A program made the position numbers and the translations under genes. Shown in pieces: positions 10,426 to 20,192 of a stretch of 64,000 bases of DNA. Each line of letters opens with the position of its first letter. Position 1 is the first letter of the stretch. The stretch covers positions 107,043-171,042 of the forward strand of contig CAVZFY010000003.1 in NCBI GenBank assembly GCA_963774695.1, written 5' to 3'. Source of the DNA: an uncultured Chloroflexia bacterium (GTDB taxonomy: Bacteria; Chloroflexota; Limnocylindria; Limnocylindrales; CSP1-4). The notes under the pieces are model-generated. The model made no database searches, was not told the DNA's origin, and worked only from the letters and a program-made list of their open reading frames with translations.

Positions 10426-10865
10426 TCGCGGTCTTGCCTCGTCTGTGTACCCGAACCGGGCGGTCCGTGGGGGCACTGCGGTGTGGTCCGGCTCGTTCCT
10501 GTCCGGAGTGTCGGAGTGAAGAGCGGCTCCATCAAGCCGTACTCTCGTCTACCCGGTGGTACCAAACGCTCTGGGCAGGGTACCGGGGTCGACGACCGGA
10601 CGGGTTCGAGGGGAGCCCTGCCGGGCCGGCGCCGCGCGGGCGACGCGTGGTGGCACAACCATGCGTCGACAGGTTCGCGACGGCCGGCCCCGGGCATCGT
10701 CTCTCCCCGGGAGGACCGGTTCGTACTCGACCCTCTGAGTCTGCCGCCGGCGGGGCGCCACGCCAAGATCGCAAAGGTCTTGCAGACGCGTAACACGGGT
10801 CCCGGGCGGGCAGTTGGACACGCGCGACCCGCCGCCGTTACCGTCAGCCGCGTGGTGACCCCCCG

Positions 10866-11775
10866 ATGACGCTCCAGATCGGCCTCTACGCCCCGACCTG
10901 GCCCGGGGCCGACCGCGCGACGCCGCGATGGCCCGCGATCCGCGCGCTCGGGCGCGACGCCGAGGCGCTCGGGGTGGACACCTTCTGGGTCGCCGACGAG
11001 CCCGGCTTCTGGGAGTGCTGGACGATCCTGACGGCGCTCGCCGAGGCGACGACGACGATCGGGATCGGGCCGCTGATCGCCTGCACGCGCTATCGGTCGC
11101 CGGCATTGTTCGCGACGATGGTGCGGGCGCTCGACGAGGTGAGCGGCGGGCGCGTGACCCTGGGGCTCGGCAGCGGCAGCGGGCCATCGGACCGTCGCTG
11201 GACGGCGTTCGGCTTCGACGCGCACGGCCCACGTGTCGAGGTTCGGCGAGGCGGTCGAGATCGTCGCGCGGCTGGTCCGCGACGGCCCGACGACGTTCGA
11301 CGGCCGCTTCTACACGATCGCCGATCCCGACATCGGACCGGCGGGACCGACCGCCGGCGGACCACCGATCTGGGTCGCCGGCGGCAAGCCGCGCACGATG
11401 GAGGTCGCGGCGCGCTGGGGCGACGCGATCAACGACCACAACGCCCTGCCCGACGCGGCCGCGGTCGCCGCGTTCCGCGAGCGCGCCGAGGTCGCGTGCG
11501 CGACCGCCGGCCGCGACCCGGCCTCCGTCGACGCTCACGGGCTGGGTGCGCGTGGCGCCGTCCCCCGACGGGCGGCTGGACGCGGACCGGGAGGACACGA
11601 TCGCTGGCACGCCGGCGGCGATCGCCGAGCGGCTCGCGGCGATCCACGAGGCCGGCATCTCGCACCTGACCGTCTTCATCGGCGACGAGGAGGACGGGCA
11701 CGTGTACCCGGCCCTCACCGCCCGCGCGCTCGAGCGCTTCGCGCCGGTCCTCGAGGCGCTCCGCGCATCCGGGGC
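10866..11775 (+). CDS. luciferase-like (LLM class, probably F420-dependent) oxidoreductase (2 frame breaks, 3' end unresolved)
   Basis: Stitched from ORFs 10866-11669, 11233-11799 and 10928-11842 (frames 0 to 1 to 2). Motifs DTFWVADEPGFWE, GRVTLGLGSGS, PPIWVAGGKPRTMEVAARWGDA. All three frames run into the tRNA, so the stop cannot be placed. Confidence 0.7.
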
Positions 11776-11777
11776 AT

Positions 11778-11853
11778 TGGCGCCCCCGGCAGGAATTGAA
11801 CCTGCGACCTCGGGTTTAGAAGACCCTCGCTCTATCCGCTGAGCTACGGGGGC
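11778..11853 (-). tRNA. tRNA-Arg (anticodon TCT)
   Basis: 76 nt cloverleaf read by hand. Acceptor GCCCCCG/CGGGGGC, D arm GCTC-AGCGGAT-AGAGC, anticodon arm AGGGT-CTTCTAA-ACCCG, T arm GCAGG-TTCAATT-CCTGC. CCA is encoded. Confidence 0.93.
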
Positions 11854-12005
11854 GCGCGGCGACGAGTCTACCCGTCACCCAGAGGCCCGGTCCGAGCCCG
11901 CCGATGCGTCGTTCGACGCAGTTCCAGGCCCCGAATTCCTGCGTGGTATGCTCCGCGCCCCTCGCGCCGGGAGCCCATTGCCCGCGCGACCGACGACCGC
12001 GGGAC

Positions 12006-13399
12006 ATGCCCGAACCGACCATCCGCCAGGACCCCGGCCAGCTCGCGCTCGAGCTTCCCGCCGCGCTCCCGACCCTCGGCCTCGAGCCCGAGTGGAAGGC
12101 GCAGCAGCGGCTGTGGGGCCACAGCCTGCACCCGATGTGCTCGTACCTCGCGAGCTTCCCGGCGGCCCTCGCCCACGCGTTCATCGCCCGCTACAGCCGG
12201 CCCGGCGACGTGGTCCTCGACCCGTTCTCCGGCCGCGGCACCGCGCCGGTCCAGGCGGCGGCCGAGGGGCGCATCGGCGTCGGCAACGACCTCAACCCCC
12301 TCGCGCACGTCCTGACCGCCGCGAAGCTCGAGCCCGCCACGCCCGCCGAGGCACGCCTCCGGCTCGCGGCGCTGCGGCTCGCGTGGGCCGGGGAGGCCGG
12401 CCACTGGCTCGACCTCGCCGACCGCGTGCTGGCGCGGCCCGGCCATCCCTCGGCGTTCGTCCCCGCGGCGGGCAGCGGCGACGGCCCCGACGCCCGCACG
12501 GAGGCCGTCCCGACCGAGGTCAGCGTCGCGTTCCACGCGCGCACGCTCGCCCAGCTGCTGCTCGTCCGCTCGCAGCTCCGCCTCGACGACCGCACGGACC
12601 GCTTCCTCGCCGGCGCCCTCGCGGGCATCCTCCACGGGAAGACGCCGTCGTACCTGTCCACGATCATGCCCAACACGTTCAGCATGGCGCCGCGCTACGT
12701 GCTCGACTTCGTGGCCCGCACCGGCTACGAGCCGCCGGAGCGGGACGTCTTCGACGCGCTGTCGGCCAAGCTCGACCGCCTGTACCGCCAGCCGTTGCCC
12801 GCCACCACGGGGATCAGCCTGCTCGGCGACGCGCGGACCGCCGGGCGCGCTCCCGGGCGGCGCTCCGCGCCCGCGGCCTGCCGGACCGGGCCCGCCTGAT
12901 CGTCACGTCGCCGCCCTACCTGCGCGTGCTCAAGTACGGCTACTACAACTGGCTGCGGACGTGGCTGCTCGGCTTCGACGCCCGGCTGATCGACGAGACG
13001 CTCGACGACGCCCACACGCGCAAGCCCTATCTCGCGTTCATGCGCGACGTCCTCGCCGACCTCCGGCCGGCGCTCACCGACGACGGCATCGCGGTGATCA
13101 TCGTCGGCGACGTCGAGACGGACCGCGGCAAGCCGTCGACCGCCGGGCACGGGCTGGCCGAGGCCGTCTGGGAGCAGGCCGCGTTCCCCGCGGGCTTCCG
13201 CCTCGCCGGCCTCGTGCGCGACGAGGTCGCGGCCAACCGCAAGATGACCCGGCTGTGGGGCGAGGAGGCCGGCCAGGCGACCAAGACCGACAGGATCCTG
13301 GTCCTCGGCGCGACCGAGGCCGGCCGGCGGCGCGCGCTGGCGTCCGCGTCGACCCCGATCGACTGGCAGTGGCCGCCGACGCGGCTCCGCGCGCTCTAG
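12006..13399 (+). CDS. site-specific DNA methyltransferase (N4-C or N6-A), no adjacent nuclease (1 frameshift)
   Basis: Stitched from ORF 11904-12899 (from the ATG at 12006) and ORF 11948-13399. AdoMet motif I DPFSGRGT comes first and catalytic motif IV TSPPY comes about 220 aa later. Break near 12845-12870. Confidence 0.75.
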
Positions 13400-13454
13400 C
13401 GACGTCCCTCGGGCCCCGCCCCGGGGGTCATGGTTCGGCTAGCATGACCTCGCG

Positions 13455-13682
13455 ATGAAGCAGATGTACCCGCCGTCCGACCTCGCCGCGATGGACCCGC
13501 TGGTCCTGATGAAGAACCTCGACCACGTGCGCATGACGAGCCGGCGGCTGTCGTACATCCTCCAGCAGCAGGTCCACCTCTACACGCCCGAGGCGAACGA
13601 GCTGCGCGAGCAGATCGACCGCTACGTCGAGGCGGAGCGGCAGATCGAAGGCGAGATGGCCCGGCGCAAGATCCGCGCCTGA
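13455..13682 (+). CDS. hypothetical small protein (75 aa, predicted helical)
   Basis: ORF 13455-13682 is intact, with genome-typical GC3 codon usage and non-degenerate composition. No family recognised. Confidence 0.5.
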   Translation: MKQMYPPSDLAAMDPLVLMKNLDHVRMTSRRLSYILQQQVHLYTPEANELREQIDRYVEAERQIEGEMARRKIRA

Positions 13683-13701
13683 CCCCGGCCCGCCCGGTCG
13701 C

Positions 13702-14083
13702 TCAGGCCGCCGACACCGCCTGCAGCGGCGACACGGATACCCGCACCTCGACCGCCTCGCCGGTCTCGACGTCGACCGCCTGGGCCGCTCGCGCCACCTC
13801 GGCCGCATCGATCATCGCGGCGCGCGCCGCCCGCCGCGCGGCCTGCTCCTCGGCCACGACCCGGGTCACGAGCTGCGCCAGCCGTCGGGGTCTCGAACAG
13901 GCTGAACCCGACGCCGATCTCCGCCAGCGCCTCGTGGCCCATCCCCCGGTACAGGCCTCGCGTCGCCACGGCGCACATCTCGTCGTACAGCTCAGGCCAC
14001 CCCACGCGACGGCGCTGGTAGCAGAAGCGCACGAAGGCCTCGGCCTCGGGCGATGGGCAGGCGGCGGCGCCGGCAGGCAGCAT
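13702..14083 (-). CDS. conserved-looking hypothetical protein (1 frameshift)
   Basis: Stitched from ORF 13622-14290(-) (from the Met at 14083: MLPAGAAACPSPEAEAFVRFCYQRRRVGWPELYDEMCAVA...) and the tail of ORF 13702-15561(-). Break near 13890. Confidence 0.5.
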
Positions 14084-14124
14084 CGATGACGGTCTCCTCG
14101 CCCATTCGGGCGTGCGTTGACAAT

Positions 14125-14155
14125 CCGGCGGCGGACCGGGGCAGCCCGCCGCCGG
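14125..14155 (-). other. perfect 10-bp GC stem-loop (CCGGCGGCGG-N11-CCGCCGCCGG)
   Basis: Read directly from the sequence. It lies between the epimerase stop and the next minus-strand gene start and has no U tract. It could be a terminator-like or 5'UTR structure. Confidence 0.3.
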
Positions 14156-14372
14156 GGATAAGTGCGTGCTCGCCGAGCGCTCCCTCCCTCGGGCCCTCCC
14201 TCGGCCGTCGGCGATCGGCACATCGTAGGCCCAGCGGCGCAGCCGTCGGTAGGGGCTTCTCCACCATGTTCCACCCCGACTTGTCCACACGCCGCAACGA
14301 TCGGTGGACAGGGCTCCGGGCCGTCCGTGAAACCTGTGGATGCATCGGCCACGAGGCCTGTCGGGCGGTCCG

Positions 14373-15464
14373 TCAGCCCGGGCGCGACCCCGTCCACGTC
14401 AGGCCGAGCCCCGGGCCGTCCGACGAGCCGCCAGCGCTTGTCGGGACCGAGCTCGAGGCCGGTGACCGGGTCGTCGGCGAGCAGGAGGCAGCCGTCGAGG
14501 TCGACCCAGTCCGCCAGCGGCGCGACGACGGCCGAGGCGGCGATCCCGACCGACGTCTCCTCCATGCAGCCCAGGAACGTCCGGAACCCGAGGGCGCGGG
14601 CGCGCTCGAGCATCCGCCGCGCCGGGCCGATCCCGCCGCACTTGGCGAGCTTGACGTTGACGCCGGCCACGACCCCGACCAGCCCGTCGAGGTCGTCGAT
14701 CGTCACGGCGCTCTCGTCCGCGACGAGCGGCAGCGGCGAGCGCGCCTGGAGCGCGCGGAGGTCGTCGAGGCGGTGGGCCGGGAACGGCTGCTCGATCAGC
14801 TCGACGCCGAGCCGCTCCAGCTCCGGCAGCAGGTCCGCGGCCTCATCGAGCGACCAGCCGGTGTTGGCGTCGACGCGGATCGGGCCCGCCGAACACCGAG
14901 CGGACCGCGCGCACCGTCGCGACGTCCGTCGGGCCGCCGACCTTGACCTTGAGGGCCGGGAAGTCCGCCGCCCGCCGCGCGCGCTCCGCGACGACCTCCG
15001 GCTCGTCGATGCCCAGCGTGAAGTCGGTCGGCGGGATCTCGCCGTCGACGCCCAGCAGCGTCGCCACCGGGAGGCCGAGCCGCTTGCCGACGAGGTCGTG
15101 GAGGGCGATGTCGATCGCGCACTTGGCCGCGCCGTTGTGGCCGATGGCCGCCGCCATGCGGTCGGCCGCGTCCTCGAGGGCCGCGAGCGCCTCGGCGCGA
15201 TCCCCGCGGAGGCCGGCCGCCGCGGGTTCGATCGCCTCGAGCAGGACGGGGAGGACCGCGGCCACCGTGCCCGGCGTCTCCCCGTAGAACGCGTCCGGGA
15301 AACCCCTCCCCGAGGCCGACCGGGCCGTCCCCGCCGTCGGCGTCGTCCCGCAGCTCCACGAGGACCGTGGTCGCCGTGCGGCCGGAGCCGTGCGACGCCC
15401 GCGCGATCACGAACGGGTCGCGCAGCGCCAGGACCAGCGTGGTGGCGGTGACCGAGAAGGTCAC
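14373..15464 (-). CDS. L-Ala-D/L-Glu (dipeptide) epimerase, enolase superfamily (about 3 frame breaks)
   Basis: Stitched from ORFs 14796-16637(-) (from the GTG at 15464), 14843-15265(-) and 13702-15561(-). Motifs AKCAIDIALHDLVGKRLGLP, KVKVGG, IRVDANTGW, IEQP, LVADES, NVKLAKCGGI. Removing one C from the CCCC run at 14409-14412 gives ...RPGLGLTWTGSRPG* with its stop at 14373. Confidence 0.8.
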
Positions 15465-16601
15465 GCGGGCGCGCGCTCCGCCTCGGGGGCGTCGGCCGGC
15501 GCCTCGAGGGTGACCCAGGGCAGGGCGTCCACGCCCGCCTCGATGTCCTGCCACAGGCCATCGCCGCCGAACCGCACGGGGTCCGCGCACGGCAGCCCGG
15601 TCTCGGCCGCCGTCGCGTCGATCACGCGTCGAGCCTCCTCGTCGTCGGCGATGAGCGAGGTGTTGAGCGCGATCGCGACGACCTTGCGTCGGGGCGACCA
15701 GCGCGGCCACCGTCTCGTGCGCGGCGATGTACGGGCCCAGCGGCGCGATCGGGAACCGGGCGTCGGGCAGGTGGTCGAAGTCGTGGTCGGCCATGCCCGG
15801 CTTGTGGACCATGACCATCGCGTGCGGCGTCGCGCCGTGGATCAGCCCGAGCGTGACGCTGCTGTACGCCGGGTGGTCGAGCGAGCCCTGGCCCTCGACG
15901 ATGACCCAGTCGCCGCGCGACTCGCCCTCCTCGACCAGCCACTCGACGGTCCCCTGGAGGAAGTCGGCGATGACGCGGTCGACGGCCACGCCCCAGCCCT
16001 CGATCATGATCCCGGTCTGACCCGTGGCGACGAACGCCGCCGAGCGGCCGGCGGCCTGCGCCGCCCGCCGGAGCTCGAGCGCGACGGACATCTTGCCGAT
16101 CGCGCAGTCGGTGCCCACCGTCAGGATCACGCGCTTGCCCGGGAGGTGCCGGCGCCCGACGGCCGTGTCCATGCGCTCCGGCGGCCGGCGGAAGTCGATC
16201 AGCCGGACGCCGGACGTGCGCGCGGCCTCGGCGAACTCGGGGTCGTCGCCGAGGAACGTGTGCAGGCCGGAGAGCACGTCGAGGCCGGACTTGATCGCGG
16301 CGAGGATCACGACGCGCCAGTCGTCGGGCAGCTTGCCGCCGGTGGGCGCGATGCCGATCAGCAGCGCGTTGGCACGGGGCAGGAGACCCAGCGCGGAGTT
16401 GAGCGAGCCGACGATCGGGATGTCGTTGCGACCCGAGTCACCGAGCCACTCGCGGACGTTGTGCCCGGCCTGCGTCGAGTCGATGACCGCGACGACCTTG
16501 TCGTGCCCGAAGCGGATCACGCCCATCGCGGTCTTGCCGTGGTGGAACCCGAAGTTGCCCTCGGCGAGGATCACGAGGCGGCGCTCGATGGACGGCGGCA
16601 T
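15461..16601 (-). CDS. DUF1611-family protein (DgcN-like; usual partner of dipeptide epimerases) (1 frameshift)
   Basis: ORF 14796-16637(-) from the Met at 16601 (MPPSIERRLVILAEGNFGFHHGKTAMGVIRF..., GTDCAIGKM). Break near 15685-15700. The corrected tail ends ...EAERAPA* at 15461, overlapping the epimerase GTG (GTGA). Confidence 0.75.
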
Positions 16602-16649
16602 GGGCCCTTCCCGCGGGATCGGCGGCGCGCGCCGCACAGGACCGGGAGT

Positions 16650-17892
16650 CTATGTCATCGGCCAGAGATCGCCCCGCCCGGCCGACCCGCCGACGCCGGC
16701 CAGGCGGCGCTCGAGCAGCCGCCGTTCCGCATCCGTCCCCACGAGCTCGAGCGCCCGTCGATAGGCGGCCGCCGCCTCGCGATGGCGGCCGGCGCGCCGG
16801 AGGAAGTCCGCACGCGTCGCCTCGACGAGGTGGTAGCCGGGGAGGTCGACCTCGTCGAGCGCCGCCAGGCCCGCGTCGGGGCCGTCGCGAAAGCCGATCG
16901 CCACGGCCCGGTTCAGGGCGACGACCGGGTTCGGCGCCTCGAGCAGGGCGTCGTACAGGACGACGATCGAGGCCCAGTCGGTCTCGGCGGCGGTGGCCGC
17001 GGACGCGTGCCGAGCCGCGATCTCGGCCTGGAGCCGGTACGGCCCCGCCGGCCGCGCGTGCGCGCGGGCCCGATCCAGCTCCGCGAGGCCGCGCTCGATC
17101 GACGCCCGGTCCCATCGGCCCCGGTCCTGCTCCTCCATCGTCCGCAGCTCGCCGTCGTCCCCGGCCCGGGCGTCCGCGACGCGAGTGCTGCAGCAGGAGC
17201 AGCGCGTGGAGGCCGGCCACCTCGTCGTCATCGGGGAGCAGCGCCGCCAGCAACCCGGCCAGCCGGACCGCCTCCGACGCGACGTCCGGGCGGAGCGTCT
17301 CGCCTTCGGTCGCCGCGTAGCCCTCGTTGAACAGCAGGTAGACCACGGCGAGCACGCCGCCCGTCCGCTCCGCGAGCCGGTGCGCCGGCGGCATCCGGAA
17401 GCTGATGCCCGCGTGCTCGATCTTCTGCTTGGTGCGCAGCAGCCGCTTGCTCATCGTGGCCTCGGTCACGACGAACGCGCGGGCGATCTCGCGCGTCGAG
17501 AGGCCCGTGACCGTCTTGAGCGTGAGCGCGACGCGACCGGCGAGCGGCAGGGCCGGGTGGCAGCACATGAACAGCAGGGCCAGCCGGTCGTCGAACGCCT
17601 CGTCCTCCCCCACCGGGCCACCGATCTCGACCATCGCCTCCAGCTCCCGCACCTTGTCCTGCTCGAGCCGCCGCCGGCGGAGCACGTCGAGCGCCCGCCG
17701 GTGCGCGGCCGTCGTCAGCCACGCCGCCGGGTTGTCCGGGACGCCGTCGATCGGCCAGCGCCGAAGCGCCCGCTCGACGGCGTCCTGGTAGCTGTCCTCG
17801 GCGAGGTCGAAGTCGCGCGTGCGCCGGACGAGGCCCGCGACGATCCGCAGGCGCTCGGCGGCGACGACCTCGGCGAGGCGTGCCTCGATCAG
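16650..17892 (-). CDS. ECF42-type sigma factor with C-terminal TPR-like extension (1 frameshift; start codon unclear)
   Basis: Stitched from ORF 16438-18579(-) (...LAEDSYQDAVERALRRWP..., LSTREIARAFVVTEATMSKRLLRTKQKI, LLFNEGY) and ORF 16650-17231(-). Break near 17180-17215. The only candidate start at the junction is the CTG at 17892. Confidence 0.8.
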
Positions 17893-18231
17893 TCCTCCGG
17901 CCCGCCCATCGAGTGGATCGGCCGAAGCTCGATCCGTCCTTCGAACGCCATCGGGTTCCGGGCCGCGAGCTCGATCGCCGCGTCGAGGTCCGGGGCGTCG
18001 AGGATGGCGAAGCCCGGCGATCCACTCCTTGCTCTCGGTGAACGGGCCGTCCGTCACCAGGAGCTTGCCGTCGCGCACGCGCACGACGGTGGCGTCCTCG
18101 ACGGGCTGCAGGCGCACGCCCTGCTGGTAGATGCCGCGCGCCGCCTCGAACCACGGTTCGAGGGGCGGTGCCGCCGCCTCGTCGGCGGCGCTGTGGTCCG
18201 GGTCGCCGCAGATGAACATCGCGTACTTCAC
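17889..18231 (-). CDS. YciI-like / DGPF-domain protein (1 frameshift)
   Basis: The GTG at 18231 overlaps the upstream stop. VKYAMFICGDPDH...LLVTDGPFTESKEWIAGF. The break is an extra C in the CCC run at 18013-18015. The corrected tail is ...NPMAFEGRIELRPIHSMGGPED*. Confidence 0.7.
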
Positions 18232-18579
18232 GCCTGGTCCCCCTCGCCCTCGGCCAGCGGCCAGAAGGCGCGGACCTCGATCCGCCCGGCGTACGCCATC
18301 GGGATGCGCGGCCGCGATGTCGATGGCCTGCTCGATCGTGTCGCACTCGAGGACGTCGAACCCGGCGATCCACTCCTTGCTCTCGGTGTACGGCCCGTCG
18401 GTGACGAGTCGCTCGCCGCCGCGCACGCGCACGGTGCGGGCATCCGCCGTGGGCCGCAGGCGGTCGCCGATCACCCAGTTGGGCTCGACCGACGTCCCCC
18501 AGGTCTCGATGTCGGGCGCGGCCGCCGCGTCCTCGGCGGTGTGCTCCGGGTCAACGCAGACGAACATGATGTAGCGCAT
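18228..18579 (-). CDS. YciI-like / DGPF-domain protein (1 frameshift)
   Basis: Stitched from ORF 16438-18579(-) (MRYIMFVCVDPEH...LVTDGPYTESKEWIAGFDVLECD) and ORF 18228-18443(-) (tail ...MAYAGRIEVRAFWPL). Confidence 0.7.
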
Positions 18580-18682
18580 CGTGCCTCCGATCTGCCGGCT
18601 CGATCTGTCCGACTGCCCAGACGACGATCCGGATCTCGATTCCGGACAATTGATTCACCGAACCATCGAAGGAGATCGAACG

Positions 18683-19078
18683 GTGCTTGGCAACTGGCCG
18701 CTGTACGCGAACGTCCTCGTCGGAGACATCGATCGGGCACGAGCGTTCTACGAAGGGATCCTGGGCATGGAGCCGATCCGGACCGCCGAGTCCGAGGTCG
18801 TGTACCGGTCCGGCACGACGCGGTTCGCGATCTCGCGGGTCGACGACGCCGGCAAGACGGCCCACACGGTCGGCAGCTTCGTCGTCGACGACATCGAGCC
18901 CATCGTCGCGGGCCTGCGCGCCAAGGGCGTGCGGTTCGAGGACTACGACCTGCCGGGGCTCGTGACGGTCGAGGGGATCGCGACCTTCGCCGCCGATGGC
19001 GTCACGCTGCCCGATCGGGTCGCCTGGTTCCGCGACCCCGACGGGAACCTACTGTCGATCGTCCAGGAAGGCTCGTAG
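18683..19078 (+). CDS. VOC-family (glyoxalase/bleomycin-resistance fold) protein
   Basis: ORF 18581-19078. Probable start is the GTG at 18683, preceded by GAAGGAG. Motifs FYEGILGMEP and VAWFRDPDGNLLSI. Confidence 0.75.
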   Translation: MLGNWPLYANVLVGDIDRARAFYEGILGMEPIRTAESEVVYRSGTTRFAISRVDDAGKTAHTVGSFVVDDIEPIVAGLRAKGVRFEDYDLPGLVTVEGIATFAADGVTLPDRVAWFRDPDGNLLSIVQEGS

Positions 19079-19125
19079 CGAAGCCCGACGCGGGCGCGCC
19101 GATGCCCGGTCGACGATCGGGGGGC

Positions 19126-19202
19126 TGGTACCGCATACCGGATTCGAACCGGTGATCTCCGCCTTGAGAGGGCGGTGTCCTGGGCCTCTAGACGAATGCG
19201 GC
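19126..19202 (-). tRNA. tRNA-Glu (anticodon CTC)
   Basis: 77 nt cloverleaf read by hand. Acceptor GCCGCAT/ATGCGGT (G1-U72 wobble), GTCTAGAGGCCCAGGAC D region typical of tRNA-Glu, anticodon arm CCGCC-CTCTCAA-GGCGG, T arm ACCGG-TTCGAAT-CCGGT. CCA is encoded. Confidence 0.93.
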
Positions 19203-19299
19203 GCAGGGTCGGCGCGGGGCCGGACCGGTGGCGGAGGATATCGCGATCGGCGCGCTTTCGGCAAGCACGCCGGGACCCCGCGAGCGCCTCGAGCCGCGC

Positions 19300-20176
19300 C
19301 TAGAGGCGGTTCGTCTCCAGGAACATCCGCAGGGTCTCGGCGACCTGCAGGTAGCTCTGCTCGCCGAGGACGAGGCCGTAGTGCGAGTGGGCGCCGAACG
19401 GCTCGTAGTCCGCGTCGAGCCACTCCGCCAGCCGCTCGACGTCCCGCTCGGGGACGTACGGGTCGAGCCCGGCGCCGATGACGAGCCGCGGGACGTCCGG
19501 GAGCGAGGAACGGTCGACCGGCACGCCCTGGAGCACCTGGCGCTTGGACCGGCCCGGACTCGAACGGCTTCTGGCCCAGCATGTGCTGGATCCGCAGGAC
19601 GTCGCCCAGCGTGAGGTCGCGGTGCTCGCGCAGGAGCTTCTCGGGCAGCGTCTCCCAGCCGAGCTCGGCGCGGCCGTAGGCGTCCGGGACGTCGCGCACG
19701 ACGTGGGGCCGCGCCGGGTCGCGCAGGTCGCGCGGCAGCTCCGGGGCGATCAGCACGTACGCGGACGCGGGCACCCGCTCCAGGGCCTTCAGGACCAGCA
19801 GCCCGCCGAGGCCGTGCCCGACGACGACCGTCGACGGCCCGAGGCGCTCCAGCGCCGCGACGACGTCCTCGGTGTAGGTGCCGACGTCGAGCGTCGCCGG
19901 GTCCGCGGTCTGCGACCAGAAGTGGTTGCGCAGGTTGAGCGCGTGGCCCTCCCAGCCGCGGCCCGCGAAGTGGTGGAGGTAGCGCTCCCACACCCAGGAC
20001 CCGCCCAGCTCGCCGTGGACGAACAGGACCGGCTTGCGCCGCGACCGCCGCTCGGGCAGCCAGGACTCGATGTACAGGCCGCGGTCCACGATCTCGATCT
20101 CGTCCTTGCGGACGGGACGGCCGTTGGTCGGCGCGGTGCGGGCGAGGAGGCGCTCGGAGGTGGTCTGGTCTGTCAT
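19300..20176 (-). CDS. alpha/beta-fold hydrolase (1 frameshift)
   Basis: Stitched from ORF 19049-20176(-) (VLFVHGELGGSWVWERY, nucleophile elbow VVVGHGLGG) and ORF 19300-19536(-). Break near 19550. Confidence 0.7.
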
Positions 20177-20192
20177 CGGTCCTGTCGCTTGC

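Noticed and set aside
10426-10865. RNase P RNA, tmRNA, SRP RNA or a known riboswitch in the long intergenic gap.
   Set aside because: Hallmark strings are absent on both strands: GAGGAAAGTCCGG, a tmRNA 3' tRNA-like end, the SRP GGAA tetraloop helix, TPP CTGAGA...ACCTGA and the B12 box. It is kept only as an unexplained region.
11700-11853. The LLM oxidoreductase ORF appears to overlap and read through tRNA-Arg on the opposite strand.
   Set aside because: All three frames lack a stop before the tRNA. With two indels already in this gene, a hidden or misplaced stop is the likeliest explanation, not a real gene-tRNA overlap.
10231-13399. Integrated prophage or genomic island at tRNA-Arg (excisionase-family HTH plus methyltransferase).
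   Set aside because: There is no integrase, recombinase or phage structural gene, and I found no direct repeat of the tRNA 3' end by eye. The small HTH protein resembles chromosomal BldC-type regulators. I kept only a low-interest note.
13427-13448. Inverted repeat GTCATG-N10-CATGAC just upstream of the 75-aa ORF, with TAGCAT as a possible -10 box.
   Set aside because: The stem is short (6 bp) and could arise by chance. The promoter call cannot be supported without data.
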